DNA from: Achromatium sp. WMS2 | Lineage (GTDB): Bacteria; Pseudomonadota; Gammaproteobacteria; Chromatiales; Chromatiaceae | DNA: 47,002 bases | Assembly (NCBI GenBank): GCA_001276605.1 | Contig: JXSN01000001.1 | Location: 1-47,002 of the forward strand | Reading direction: 5' to 3' | Part shown: positions 20,575 to 31,079 of the stretch, one piece after another | Position numbering within the stretch: position 1 is the stretch's first letter | How the letters are laid out: the number at the start of each line of letters is the position of its first letter | Notes under the pieces: model-generated | The model's input: only the letters and a program-made list of their open reading frames with translations | Told to the model about the DNA's origin: nothing | The model's database searches: none | Program-made: the position numbers and the translations under genes

Positions 20575-20858
20575 AGGTAGGTTATGCCTCTGAAGAGTTG
20601 TTTTAAAAGCCGTATTTTATACTGGATACACTCAATGTTCAAAACTATAAAAGATACTGTTTTTTAAATGTCTTTAGTTACATGGAGTTACATGCATTTT
20701 ATGATTTTATAATATATCAAATTCACAAAGCCATATTAAAGCAATTGAAATATACAACCTACTAAAGATCAACAAATAAATACTTTTGTGGAATTACTCC
20801 ATGCTTAATGCTTTTAAGCACTGATGGTATAATTAGTGCATATGTCAATACGCCTTAA

Positions 20859-21908
20859 TTACTCAGCATCTGGAACAGCGATGGGATCACTTACCTTAAT
20901 ATTCATGTATTTATCCATTAAAATTAGGCGTTTGTGCATTGCCGGCGTAACATGTAGTACGTTTTCCGCATCTAAAAGCGCGGCCAGTTCTATACCCATG
21001 GTGGCGGCTACTTTGGTCCATAATTCAGGGCCGGCGACAAATATAGCGTAAGCAGCAGCATCCGCACTCACGGCATTGTTGTGAATTACAGTTACGGCTC
21101 TACTGCCAGTCGCTGGAAATCCGGTGCGTGGGTCCAGTATTTCATGGTAATGCTTTCTTTTACTTATAAAATTACGCTCATGATTGCCTAGGGTTACTAT
21201 GCCCTCATCGCCCTTAACATCCAAAGCTGCAAAAATACCCCCACCTTCCGGCCGATGAATAAATATGCGCCAGGGTTGGCCGTCTTTATCTCCTATAACC
21301 CTAATGGCCGCGCCAAATTCGATAATCGCGTTGTTGATCCCTAACTCCTGTAAACGGGAGGCAGCCAGATCGACCCCATATCCATGTAATAAACCAGTAA
21401 AATTCAGTTGTACAAAAGGGTTGTTACTGCGCAGCAAGATCCAATCTTGGTCTAAATCCCTAATTTTAGGATGCCTATACAGCAATGCATTGATAGCGGT
21501 TGCAGGAGGTACGGGGTGATTTCCAACGTGCGGCGAACTAAAACCCCATAAATTTAAGATAGCACCTATAGCTGGATCGAAGAGTCCACCGCTACTGGTG
21601 GCAAATCTCTGCCCCAGGCCTAATAATGGCAATAACGAAGGTGGCATAGCGAACGCCTTACCTGTGGGCAGTAGCTTGTTAACGAGATCCAGGTCTCCAC
21701 CTCCCCCAACGCGCCAATTTTGGTCTAAAAAATTAAAATCATCTTCGACCACTTCTGTAGCCAACTGTCCCGTGTCCTCGTCAATACCTATTATGCTAAG
21801 TTCCACTTGGCCACCGGCAGTATCAATTCGACTGTTAAATACGGGTTGCACTAATTTGCAACTAACAAGTAATGCGCTCAGAAGTAGCGCACACCAAATG
21901 CGTTTCAT
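20859..21908 (-). CDS. apbE: FAD:protein FMN transferase (ApbE family) lipoprotein
   Basis: 349 aa with the lipobox LLVSC and ApbE-like segments (GYGVD, AIFVAGPE). Its start overlaps the gshB stop by 4 nt. Confidence 0.78.
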   Translation of the reverse strand: MKRIWCALLLSALLVSCKLVQPVFNSRIDTAGGQVELSIIGIDEDTGQLATEVVEDDFNFLDQNWRVGGGGDLDLVNKLLPTGKAFAMPPSLLPLLGLGQRFATSSGGLFDPAIGAILNLWGFSSPHVGNHPVPPATAINALLYRHPKIRDLDQDWILLRSNNPFVQLNFTGLLHGYGVDLAASRLQELGINNAIIEFGAAIRVIGDKDGQPWRIFIHRPEGGGIFAALDVKGDEGIVTLGNHERNFISKRKHYHEILDPRTGFPATGSRAVTVIHNNAVSADAAAYAIFVAGPELWTKVAATMGIELAALLDAENVLHVTPAMHKRLILMDKYMNIKVSDPIAVPDAE

Positions 21909-22858
21909 CTTTGGGTTAACCTATGTTCACAGGCTGTTAAAAACTGGCTAGCAATGTCTAAATCAAATATTTTATCTAGTTCTCTAATGCAGGTGGGACT
22001 AGTAACGTTGATTTCAGTAAGATAATCACCTATTACATCTAATCCAGCAAATAGGATGCCTTTGTTCCTAAGTGTGGAACCCACTTGTTCAGCAATCCAG
22101 AAGTCTTTGGAGCTAAGAGGTATACCTTTACCAGTTGCGCCAGCAACCAAATTGCCCCTAGTTTCACCATGCGCTGGTATGCGAGCAAGGGCGTAGGGTA
22201 TAGGCTCACCGTTTACCATCAAGATCCGTTTGTCACCTGCGGAAATTTCTGGAATAAAACGCTGGGCCATGACAAAACGTTTCTCATTCTGGGTCATTAC
22301 CTCTATGATAACACTTAGATTAGGGTCCGATGCTTGCAATCTAAAGACTGATGCCCCACCCATGGCATCTAAAGGTTTAATAATGATGTCCTGATGCATT
22401 TGATAGAAGTTACGTAGGTCAGCGGTCCTTTTAGTAACCAAAGTTGGAGGACAGCACTGCGGAAATTGCAAGGCAAATAATTTTTCATTGGCATCGCGTA
22501 GACTTTGGGGACTATTAACCACCAATACACCTAGGGCCACTGCCTGGTCTAGTATATAAGTAGTTACTAAATATTCCAAGTCAAAAGGCGGGTCTTTGCG
22601 CATTAAGATTATATCAAGTGAGCTTAAAGACTTCAGGCGAGCTGGGCCTAAGTGGTACCATTGTTCTGGATTATCAGCAACCTTTAGGGGGCGCATCCAA
22701 CCTAGAGGGTCTCGCTGTTGTAAACTTAGGTCCGATTGCTCCATGTAGCTGAGATACCAACCTCGGCGTTGGGCCGCCAACAGCATGGCAAATGTACTAT
22801 CCTTATGGATCTTGATTGTTCCTATGGGATCCATTATTACCCCAAGCCGAACCTGCAT
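21905..22858 (-). CDS. gshB: Glutathione synthetase
   Basis: From the ATG at 22858 the protein starts MQVRLGVIMDPIGTIKIHKDSTFAMLLAAQRRGW, colinear with the E. coli GshB N-terminus, and is 317 aa. The longer ORF to 22936 adds a non-homologous hydrophobic leader. Confidence 0.9.
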   Translation of the reverse strand: MQVRLGVIMDPIGTIKIHKDSTFAMLLAAQRRGWYLSYMEQSDLSLQQRDPLGWMRPLKVADNPEQWYHLGPARLKSLSSLDIILMRKDPPFDLEYLVTTYILDQAVALGVLVVNSPQSLRDANEKLFALQFPQCCPPTLVTKRTADLRNFYQMHQDIIIKPLDAMGGASVFRLQASDPNLSVIIEVMTQNEKRFVMAQRFIPEISAGDKRILMVNGEPIPYALARIPAHGETRGNLVAGATGKGIPLSSKDFWIAEQVGSTLRNKGILFAGLDVIGDYLTEINVTSPTCIRELDKIFDLDIASQFLTACEHRLTQR

Positions 22859-23059
22859 TTGTTTAGTCCTTAGGTGTATTGGTGTATTTAGGATAGTGAA
22901 AATGGTATAAAATAGCAGCAACCAAACTAACTCCAAACCTACCCTAGTAACAAATATTTAACTAACTTTTGGGCTGAATAAACTTAGATAAAACAGCATA
23001 ATTATTTAATTATATTGCGGTTTTATAATTCCACCGCAGCTAAAAGGGGATAAACTAAT

Positions 23060-24592
23060 ATGCTAGCCGCTGTGCATAGTAATGCTAACACCGTTTTTAT
23101 TTTTCTCACCATCCTATTATGGTCAATTGGAGCCTACCCTGACACTGATGATCCCCCGCAACGTCCAACACCTTTGAGTAGCGTTTCTGGTTTAACACCG
23201 AACGAGATTGTACTAGGATCGGTACTGCCTTTGGATGGCCCAAGTAAAAATATTGGGAATCACTTGCAGCTAGGACTTGAAAAATCCCTGGCTGGACAAA
23301 TGGTGGGCAATCGCAAAATACGTATCGTGTATGCAGATGACATCTACGAACCAATTTTAACCAAAATCAAGGTCAACCGGCTGTTAGACCATGGCATATT
23401 TGCCATGATAGGTAATGTTGGTACCCCTACCGCAGCGGTCACCTTGCCCATTTTGGAAGGACATAATATCCCAGCAATAGGATTTTTAACTGGTGCCAGC
23501 CTGCTACGTAATGGTAGAGGCATGATTCTAAACTATCGGGCTAGCTATGCTAGTGAAGTTTCCGCTTTGATGACTGCTGCCATGGCCGCTGGGATTAAGC
23601 CAGAACAAATATGCGCCTATGTACAGGACGATAGCTACGGCAAAGAAATTATTTTCAGTATGCAACAAGAGCTGTTACGAGTTAAAGCACCTGCTATGGT
23701 AACTGACGGTATTGCAGCACTTCTGGATGGTAGCGGCGACGATTGGTTGATTAACCCTGGCTCTTATGATACCACACCGGTAAATGAAAATGGCCCAGTC
23801 GGTGTGCATACACGTGATTTGCTAGGAAGTGCGTCCGGTTATAACTCATTAAAACAGTGGGAAAGTAAGACTAAGTATCGCTGTGCAATGGTACTAGCCG
23901 CTGGAACCTACGCCAATATTGCTAGATTTGTGCACGATACCCGGGATAAAGGCGAAAAATGGATTGTTGCATCCATATCCTTCACCGGTGCGCATGAATT
24001 ACTTGCTGCTATAGAAAATCTAGTAAAAATCCATAGATCGCCAACTGAGCAAAGACCAACAGAGTGGATTAGTAACGTAGTTATGTCGCAGGTTACACCA
24101 GATTTAGATTCCAACTTACCTCTGGTACGAGCTGCCAAGCACGCTCTCGGTGCAGACTTCAATTTCATATCTCTAGAAGGCTACATAGTAGGCAAAATGG
24201 CACTAAAATTACTACAACTTACTCCTGAACCCTTAACCCAGGTTGCCCTCATAGAACAAGCCCGACGTACCAGTTTTGATCTTGAAGGCTTAAAAATTAA
24301 TTTTACACGCGACGGTTATCAAGGATCAAATTTAATTACTATAATTGAGCTTACGGAATCTGGATATAAATTGATGACTATCAAGGATTGGCAAGCCATG
24401 TTAGCCACAAACACCGTTCCCCAACTTAGATCCGATGTACCAATAACGGCGACGGTAGCAGCATTAATACCACCACACGCCAATACTGAACCCAACAATG
24501 TCGCCCCAGATATTACCGCCACCAACACAGTGGTGGCACCTAGTCGTAAAAATCGTGGTGATCGGAGCAGAAGAGCCAGAGGCAGAAAATGA
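23060..24592 (+). CDS. Periplasmic ligand-binding protein, type I (LivK/Peripla_BP_6-like) with an Arg-rich C-terminal tail
   Basis: 510 aa with a signal-like N-terminus. Motifs include LGSVLPLDGPS, GNVGTPTA and a YVQDDSYGKE-type pattern. The last 15 aa are RKNRGDRSRRARGRK. The stop overlaps the MCP start (ATGA at 24589-24592). Confidence 0.7.
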   Translation: MLAAVHSNANTVFIFLTILLWSIGAYPDTDDPPQRPTPLSSVSGLTPNEIVLGSVLPLDGPSKNIGNHLQLGLEKSLAGQMVGNRKIRIVYADDIYEPILTKIKVNRLLDHGIFAMIGNVGTPTAAVTLPILEGHNIPAIGFLTGASLLRNGRGMILNYRASYASEVSALMTAAMAAGIKPEQICAYVQDDSYGKEIIFSMQQELLRVKAPAMVTDGIAALLDGSGDDWLINPGSYDTTPVNENGPVGVHTRDLLGSASGYNSLKQWESKTKYRCAMVLAAGTYANIARFVHDTRDKGEKWIVASISFTGAHELLAAIENLVKIHRSPTEQRPTEWISNVVMSQVTPDLDSNLPLVRAAKHALGADFNFISLEGYIVGKMALKLLQLTPEPLTQVALIEQARRTSFDLEGLKINFTRDGYQGSNLITIIELTESGYKLMTIKDWQAMLATNTVPQLRSDVPITATVAALIPPHANTEPNNVAPDITATNTVVAPSRKNRGDRSRRARGRK

Positions 24593-26685
24593 GTTTACTT
24601 CCAAGACTAACCATTAATCACCGGCTATTACTAGTATTTACCGCAGTGTTAGCTGGCTTTGTGGCTATGGTGGTTTCCTACAACCAACTCCTTGAGGTAG
24701 AGCACAAAAACGCTACCCTAATAGCCAGTGCCAACACCTTTGGTAACCTAATCTCTGATCTGACTGAAATTACCAACGAAGTCACCCGCGAGGAAAAATC
24801 TTTTCTACTTACCAAAGACATCAGGCATGCTGAAGATTTTTTTGATGAGGATTCATTTTATGCCTACAAAAATACCTTAAAAAAGTTAGATGCCATGTTA
24901 ACCCAAGCTGAAATCAAGGGTTTATTAAAATTAACCCAAGACGCTTGGGAGGCCTATGGAGATGCATTTGATCGCACCCTCAATGCCCAAGTACTATTGG
25001 GATCGGATAGATCCAGCGGTGCCTATGGCAACCTATCAGCAGCAGCCAACATTGCTGAGCAAAACATCCAAGCTACCAATCACACTCAACTTATGTTGGC
25101 GTTTTTAACTATGCGGCGTTATGAAAAAGACTTTTTGGCTACTAACAACGGGGATAACCTAATTTTATCCAAAACAGCTCAGGCCCAATTTTCCACCCTG
25201 CTAGAACAAACTAAACTTCCAAATCAGCAACAAGATGCTATAGAACACGCTTTGGCCTTGTACTTAAGTAGCTTTGAGACCATAGTCAATGCTATGTATA
25301 GATTTACAGCTAGTGTTGAAGATATCGAAACTAAATTTCAAATTGTTAGTAATTTTAACAAAGCTTTGGAAACTCAACGCATCGTGATGATCGAAAATAG
25401 CATAAAAGATGCTGAACTTGCAGAATCCAATGTTACCAAAACCATTAATCTCATAATGCTAACTTCTAGCATTATAATAACCTTGATGTTATTTTTGCTA
25501 GCCTCCACCCTAAGACGCTCACTAGGTAAATTGCAGGACACAGTGCAAAAAGTTTCCAAAGGTAATCTCGATGCCCGTGCCAACTTGCAAACTGAAGACG
25601 AACTTGGGGTTTTGGGGGCCGCATTTGATAATTTATTAGATGAAAAAATAGCAATCATCCGCCGCGCAGAGTTTGAAAACGAAACTCTTAATAGCTCAAT
25701 TATCTCCATTATTGAGACCGTGGCGCGTATGAGCCAAAAAGATCTCACTGTCAAAGCAATAGTGGCTGAAGACATAACCGGCACTATCTCCGATGCTTTA
25801 AACCTCATGGTTAGTGAAACTGGTGATGTATTAGCACAAATACGCTCCGTGGCCCAAGCCGTAGGCCAAGCCGCCGGTGCTGTATACGATCAGGCCGAAA
25901 CTGTGAACGAGGTAGCATCCCAAGAGCGGCGTTTAGTGCAAAAAAGCGCCGAAGGCCTACATAGCGCGGGCCAAGCTTTGAGTAAGTTAGCCCAAAATGC
26001 CAAAGATGCCAATAATAAAGCTGATACTGCAATGTCCAAAACTAAACAGGCACTCTCAGCGGTTAATTCCAGCATCCAGGGTATCGATAAAATTCGCGAC
26101 ATAATTCGTGAAACAGAAAAACGAATTAAACGCTTAGGGGAGCGTTCCCAAGAAATTACCGGCGTAGTTAATCTAATTAACGCTATTGCTGAACGTACCC
26201 ACATTTTAGCCCTCAACGCCAGTATGCACGCCGCCTCAGCCGGTGAAGCTGGACGGGGTTTTGCAGTCGTAGCCGATGAAGTGCAAAGATTAGCAGAAAG
26301 TTCGCAAAAAGCAACATCTGACATTTCAGCTATGGTACATGCCATTCGCGAAGAAACAGCAGATGCCCTAGAAACTATGAATCGACTCATAGTACAGGTA
26401 GCCGAAGGTACGCGTCAGGCTCAAGATGCTGGGCATAAAATGCACGAAACAGAAATTACTACTGAAAATTTGGTTAAAGCAGTGCAAGAAATGGCTGAAG
26501 GGGCTGATAAACAGGCTCAAAGTGCTTTAGATCTTAGGAAACAATCCCAAATTATCGTGAGAAGCACCGAGCAAACCAATCAAGAGTTAAAAGAGCAATC
26601 AACTTATACCGTCAGACTAATGGAATACGCTAACACTTTACGCGAATCAGTCTCGATATTTAAACTTCCCAACACCAGCAAATAA
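24589..26685 (+). CDS. Methyl-accepting chemotaxis protein (TM - about 260-aa helical periplasmic domain - TM - HAMP - MA domain)
   Basis: 698 aa. A HAMP domain follows TM2 (INLIMLTSSIIITLMLFLLAS). The signalling hairpin is ERTHILALNASMHAASAGEAGRGFAVVADEVQRLAESS. Confidence 0.88.
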   Translation: MSLLPRLTINHRLLLVFTAVLAGFVAMVVSYNQLLEVEHKNATLIASANTFGNLISDLTEITNEVTREEKSFLLTKDIRHAEDFFDEDSFYAYKNTLKKLDAMLTQAEIKGLLKLTQDAWEAYGDAFDRTLNAQVLLGSDRSSGAYGNLSAAANIAEQNIQATNHTQLMLAFLTMRRYEKDFLATNNGDNLILSKTAQAQFSTLLEQTKLPNQQQDAIEHALALYLSSFETIVNAMYRFTASVEDIETKFQIVSNFNKALETQRIVMIENSIKDAELAESNVTKTINLIMLTSSIIITLMLFLLASTLRRSLGKLQDTVQKVSKGNLDARANLQTEDELGVLGAAFDNLLDEKIAIIRRAEFENETLNSSIISIIETVARMSQKDLTVKAIVAEDITGTISDALNLMVSETGDVLAQIRSVAQAVGQAAGAVYDQAETVNEVASQERRLVQKSAEGLHSAGQALSKLAQNAKDANNKADTAMSKTKQALSAVNSSIQGIDKIRDIIRETEKRIKRLGERSQEITGVVNLINAIAERTHILALNASMHAASAGEAGRGFAVVADEVQRLAESSQKATSDISAMVHAIREETADALETMNRLIVQVAEGTRQAQDAGHKMHETEITTENLVKAVQEMAEGADKQAQSALDLRKQSQIIVRSTEQTNQELKEQSTYTVRLMEYANTLRESVSIFKLPNTSK

Positions 26686-26790
26686 GTTCGAGGGCATTAA
26701 ACCACATGGTTATCTCATCGTGAACAGGAATGGATTGCTGATAATCCATAGTGAGGTTGCTTATAACTTATGAGTAAATAGTTACAATAT

Positions 26791-29040
26791 ATGAATTTAT
26801 TTGATTCGCAGCAAAATATAGAACAATTACCACTAAAGGATTTTGCCGAAAAAGCCTATCTAGACTACTCCATGTATGTCATACTAGACCGGGCACTACC
26901 ACGCATAGGCGACGGCCTAAAACCAGTGCAACGGCGCATCTTATACGCCATGTCCGAACTTGGATTATCTGCTATAAGTAAACATAAAAAATCAGCCCGC
27001 ACCGTAGGTGACGTCTTAGGTAAATTTCACCCCCATGGAGACAGTGCATGTTATGAATCCATGGTATTAATGGCTCAAGCTTTTTCCTACCGCTACCCAC
27101 TGATTGACGGCCAAGGCAATTGGGGATCTCCAGACGATCCCAAATCCTTTGCAGCCATGCGTTATACTGAAGCCAGGCTTACCCCCTATGCAAGTTTATT
27201 GCTCAGTGAATTAGTTTTAGGCACCGTAGATTGGGTGTTAAATTTTGATGGAACTTTACAAGAACCTGCTATCCTACCAGCACGCTTACCAAATATCTTA
27301 CTAAATGGCACAACCGGAATTGCGGTAGGAATGGCAACAGACATTCCACCCCACAATTTAGCCGAAGTGATTCAAGCCTGCGTTCTGCTACTAAATAATC
27401 CACAAGCATCGTTAGCAGAGGTCTGCAATATAATATTAGGACCGGATTTTCCAACTAAATCTGAGCTTATAACACCAATATCTGATTTACAAGAAATCTA
27501 TCGGACTGGCACCGGAAGTGTTAAACTACGAGCATGTTGGGAACTAGAGCAAGGGGATATAGTTATCAACTCTCTGCCATATCAAGTTTCTGGCAGTAAA
27601 GTTATAGAACAAATTGCTAGCCAAATGCAAACCAAAAAATTGCCCGGGCTCGAAGACTTAAGGGACGAGTCTGATCACGAAAATCCGACCCGCCTGGTTT
27701 TAGTCCTACGCTCTAATCGGGTCGAAGCTACTCGCTTAATGTCACACCTATTTGCCACTACCGATTTGGAGCGTAGCTATCGAGTAAACATGAATTTAAT
27801 CGGATTAAACGGCAAACCCAAGGTTATGGACCTGCGTAGTTTGCTATTAGAATGGCTGGATTTCCGCGTAACCACGGTTCGACGCCGTTTACAACACCGT
27901 CTAGATCAAGTCTTAGCTCGATTGCACATTCTAGATGGTATGCTCATAGCCTACCTTAATCTAGATGAAGTAATTGCAATAATCCGTAATGAAGACGACC
28001 CAGGCATAGTTTTAACCAATCGTTTTGCGTTAAGTCAACATCAAGTAGAGTCTATTTTAAATCTAAAATTACGTTATTTAGCTAAATTGGAAGAAATCAA
28101 AATTCGCAGTGAGCAAAAATCTCTCGCCGAAGAACAACGCCGTCTTGAGGTACTATTAAAATCAGAATCTAAGCTTAAAAATTTGATTATTAAAGAATTA
28201 ACCAGCGATGCCGCTAAATATTCCGACGCCAGACGTTCGACCCTAGTAACTGCCGCCACCCCGGCTGAATCCTTTGAGACACCAAGCGTTATCAGCTCTG
28301 AACCAATAACTGTAGTATTATCCTCTAAAGGTTGGATTAGAGCGGCTAAAGGCCATGATATAGACCCAGAATCCCTCAGCTACAAGGCTGGCGATGAGTA
28401 TTTATGTATGGCTAAATTGCGCAGTCAGGATCAGGCCATATTATTTGATAACACCGGACGTAGCTACACACTACCTGTATCCAACCTACCATCAGCCCGC
28501 GGCCAAGGCGAACCCCTGACTGGACGTTTTACACCACCGGAAAACGCCAACTTCATCTCCGTGCTGGGTGGTAAACCTGAACAGTGGTACCTGATAGCTT
28601 CAGACGCTGGCTACGGATTTCTATTACAACAATCTGATTTAATAGCTAAAAATAAGACTGGTAAAATAGTACTGACGCTCCCCAAAGCCGCTCAAGCTTT
28701 GCCGCCCATCCCCGTGTCAAACCTGGAAAATAGCCAAATCGCCGCTGTTACCAGTGCCGGCCGTTTGCTGCTATTCCCGTTAGCAGAATTACCGCGCATT
28801 ACAAAAGGTAAAGGCAATAAAATTATCCATATAGCCACCCCAAAAGCCGCTAACCGTGAGTTATTAATGACTGTTTTAGCAATAATTCCATATAATTGCG
28901 ATCTTAGTTTGTTAGTAGATAGTAAACATTTTATACTTAAAGCCAATGATTTAGATATATATCAAGGAAAACGCGGTCAACCTGGTAAGTTACTGCCTAA
29001 AGGATTACAAAAAGTACAATCCGTTACAGCAATCATTTAG
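26791..29040 (+). CDS. parC: DNA topoisomerase IV subunit A
   Basis: 749 aa with [29 protein letters not shown] and the catalytic AAMRYTE motif. The size and lack of a GyrA box favour ParC over GyrA. Confidence 0.88.
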   Translation: MNLFDSQQNIEQLPLKDFAEKAYLDYSMYVILDRALPRIGDGLKPVQRRILYAMSELGLSAISKHKKSARTVGDVLGKFHPHGDSACYESMVLMAQAFSYRYPLIDGQGNWGSPDDPKSFAAMRYTEARLTPYASLLLSELVLGTVDWVLNFDGTLQEPAILPARLPNILLNGTTGIAVGMATDIPPHNLAEVIQACVLLLNNPQASLAEVCNIILGPDFPTKSELITPISDLQEIYRTGTGSVKLRACWELEQGDIVINSLPYQVSGSKVIEQIASQMQTKKLPGLEDLRDESDHENPTRLVLVLRSNRVEATRLMSHLFATTDLERSYRVNMNLIGLNGKPKVMDLRSLLLEWLDFRVTTVRRRLQHRLDQVLARLHILDGMLIAYLNLDEVIAIIRNEDDPGIVLTNRFALSQHQVESILNLKLRYLAKLEEIKIRSEQKSLAEEQRRLEVLLKSESKLKNLIIKELTSDAAKYSDARRSTLVTAATPAESFETPSVISSEPITVVLSSKGWIRAAKGHDIDPESLSYKAGDEYLCMAKLRSQDQAILFDNTGRSYTLPVSNLPSARGQGEPLTGRFTPPENANFISVLGGKPEQWYLIASDAGYGFLLQQSDLIAKNKTGKIVLTLPKAAQALPPIPVSNLENSQIAAVTSAGRLLLFPLAELPRITKGKGNKIIHIATPKAANRELLMTVLAIIPYNCDLSLLVDSKHFILKANDLDIYQGKRGQPGKLLPKGLQKVQSVTAII

Positions 29041-29211
29041 CATCGTGCTTATTATCACGAACTGCTGTCATTATTGTTATTATATATATGATAATCCTAG
29101 ATAAAATAGTTACTTTATTGTAAATAGTAATGCCCCGTTAGACGTTCTATAAACCGTCATAAAGTTTGAGTAGACTACGTTACTACTATCAAAAACAAAG
29201 AAACCAATGAT

Positions 29212-30078
29212 ATGACAGCTATTGCAAGCGAAAATACAATTGATGGCATGGAAATTCCAGGCCCTGCTCTCGCTCTGGAATCCTATATGGTATCCGGTAC
29301 CGTAGGCGAAGTAACCGTACCTAATCCACGTATACGCGCACAACACGTAAACGTATGGTATGGACAAAAACATGCCATAAAAAACGTAAGTTTAGACCTT
29401 GGAACCAACAATGTGCTATCCATGATAGGTCCCTCAGGGTGCGGTAAATCAACATTTTTACGGTGCCTAAACCGCATGAATGATACTATAGCAAACTGTA
29501 AGATCGAAGGCACCATCCAGTTGGACGGTAAGGATATATATCACAACGATATGGATCCAGTGGCGCTAAGAGTGCGCGTAGGCATGGTATTCCAAAAACC
29601 CAACCCCTTTCCAAAATCCATATTTGAAAATGTAGCCTATGGTCCACGCATTCACGGTCTTGCCACAAGTAAGAGTCATTTAGAAGAAATTGTGGAAACT
29701 AGCCTGCGTAAAGCTGGACTCTGGACCGAAGTTAAGGATTACTTACAACAACCTGGGACTGGTCTATCAGGCGGACAACAGCAACGTCTATGTATTGCTC
29801 GTGCAATTGCGGTATCACCAGAAGTAATCCTGATGGATGAGCCCTGCTCGGCACTTGATCCCATAGCTACCGCCAAGATAGAGGAACTAATCGATGAGTT
29901 GCGAGCCAACTATAGTATTGGCATTGTAACCCATTCCATGCAACAGGCAGCCAGAGTTTCGCAACGTACCGCCTATTTTCACTTAGGACATTTAGTAGAA
30001 GTTGGAGAAACTGGACAAATATTTACCAATCCACGTCATAGATTGACCGAAGATTATATTACCGGACGATTTGGTTAA
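29212..30078 (+). CDS. pstB: Phosphate ABC transporter ATP-binding protein
   Basis: Walker [10 protein letters not shown], signature LSGGQQQRL and Walker B ILMDEP, with PstB-type ends (VWYG..HA.KNV, YITGRFG). The start may be an internal Met; the N-terminus is about 25 aa longer than in E. coli. Confidence 0.88.
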   Translation: MTAIASENTIDGMEIPGPALALESYMVSGTVGEVTVPNPRIRAQHVNVWYGQKHAIKNVSLDLGTNNVLSMIGPSGCGKSTFLRCLNRMNDTIANCKIEGTIQLDGKDIYHNDMDPVALRVRVGMVFQKPNPFPKSIFENVAYGPRIHGLATSKSHLEEIVETSLRKAGLWTEVKDYLQQPGTGLSGGQQQRLCIARAIAVSPEVILMDEPCSALDPIATAKIEELIDELRANYSIGIVTHSMQQAARVSQRTAYFHLGHLVEVGETGQIFTNPRHRLTEDYITGRFG

Positions 30079-30124
30079 ATACTTACGTACACTAAGTCTA
30101 CAATTGATTTTAGGCAAAATTTAA

Positions 30125-30856
30125 ATGACAACCACAGATATTACACAAGGACACACCGTAGCATCATTCAGTGAAGATTTATCTCGCTTACGTGGCTTAG
30201 TCCTAGAGCTTGGCAACTTGGTAAAAGAGCAAGTATCCAAGGCTGTACTAGCTCTCACCAATGGGGACACAGCTTTAGCGCGCACGGTAGTAGAAAAAGG
30301 CCACTATACCCATGAGCTAGATTTAAGAGTTAGCGAAGAAATACTACAGGTATTAGCTTTACGCCAACCGGTTGCGACTGATTTACGCTTGGTCTTAGCC
30401 CTATCCAAGTGTGTTCATGAGCTTGTAGCCGTTGGATCCAAAGCAAAAAAAATCGCGGCCTTTGCCATTCAGCTGCATACCGATTTTGATAGAGAACCCA
30501 GCAAAAAATTTCTAGTTCACGTTCAACACATGTACGAATGGGCTGGATCTATGTTAGAACGTAGTCTATATGCTTTAACCACTATTGATAGCCAAAAAGC
30601 CATAACCGTGGTACGTGATGATGACAAGCTTGATTTAAGTTTTGATTCGGGAATTAGACATTTAGTCACTTTTATGTTAGAAAACCCCGCAACTATTACT
30701 CGCGCCCTAGATATGATTTTTATGCTAAAATCTCTCGAAAGGGTTGGTGATCACGCTTGCCACATAGCGGAGCAAGTAGTGTTTATTGAGCAGGGCCGCG
30801 ATGTCAGATATTTACATCCAGACGTATTAGAGGTTAATATAAGTACCAAGACATAA
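30125..30856 (+). CDS. phoU: Phosphate signalling complex protein PhoU
   Basis: 243 aa with a duplicated helical PhoU repeat, ending in ...LERVGDHACHIAEQVVF. It lies immediately downstream of pstB. Confidence 0.88.
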   Translation: MTTTDITQGHTVASFSEDLSRLRGLVLELGNLVKEQVSKAVLALTNGDTALARTVVEKGHYTHELDLRVSEEILQVLALRQPVATDLRLVLALSKCVHELVAVGSKAKKIAAFAIQLHTDFDREPSKKFLVHVQHMYEWAGSMLERSLYALTTIDSQKAITVVRDDDKLDLSFDSGIRHLVTFMLENPATITRALDMIFMLKSLERVGDHACHIAEQVVFIEQGRDVRYLHPDVLEVNISTKT

Positions 30857-31079
30857 ACCAGTCAATCAGAAGACATATACTTTAAATCCATTGATAATCA
30901 AGTTAATACCAGTTTACCTTCTGAGTGGAGGAGACTGAAAGTACGCTATTTGGTTTTAGTGGCACCGAGAAATTTGTTGTGGCATAATGATCTGGATAGA
31001 GTACATATGGGACCATATTCGTATTAATTTTTACCACAATATAATATAGTTTAGCATACGCATGTATGTTTAGTTATGG

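Noticed and set aside
22859-22936. N-terminal 26-aa extension of the gshB ORF (MELVWLLLFYTIFTILNTPIHLRTKQ)
   Set aside because: This is a hydrophobic leader not found in glutathione synthetases. Homology to the GshB N-terminus begins exactly at the ATG at 22858.
25374-26390. Antisense ORFs of 144 and 166 aa inside the MCP gene, with similar ones inside feoB (6295-6717, 7597-7959), ldtD (18250-18696), pbpC, topA and the kinases
   Set aside because: These are typical antisense shadow frames of Ala/Leu-rich coding regions. The sense-strand genes have strong family motifs.
29065-29082. Pho-box-like CTGTCAT upstream of pstB
   Set aside because: Only one 7-bp half-site matches. The second half-site at the required 11-bp spacing is absent.
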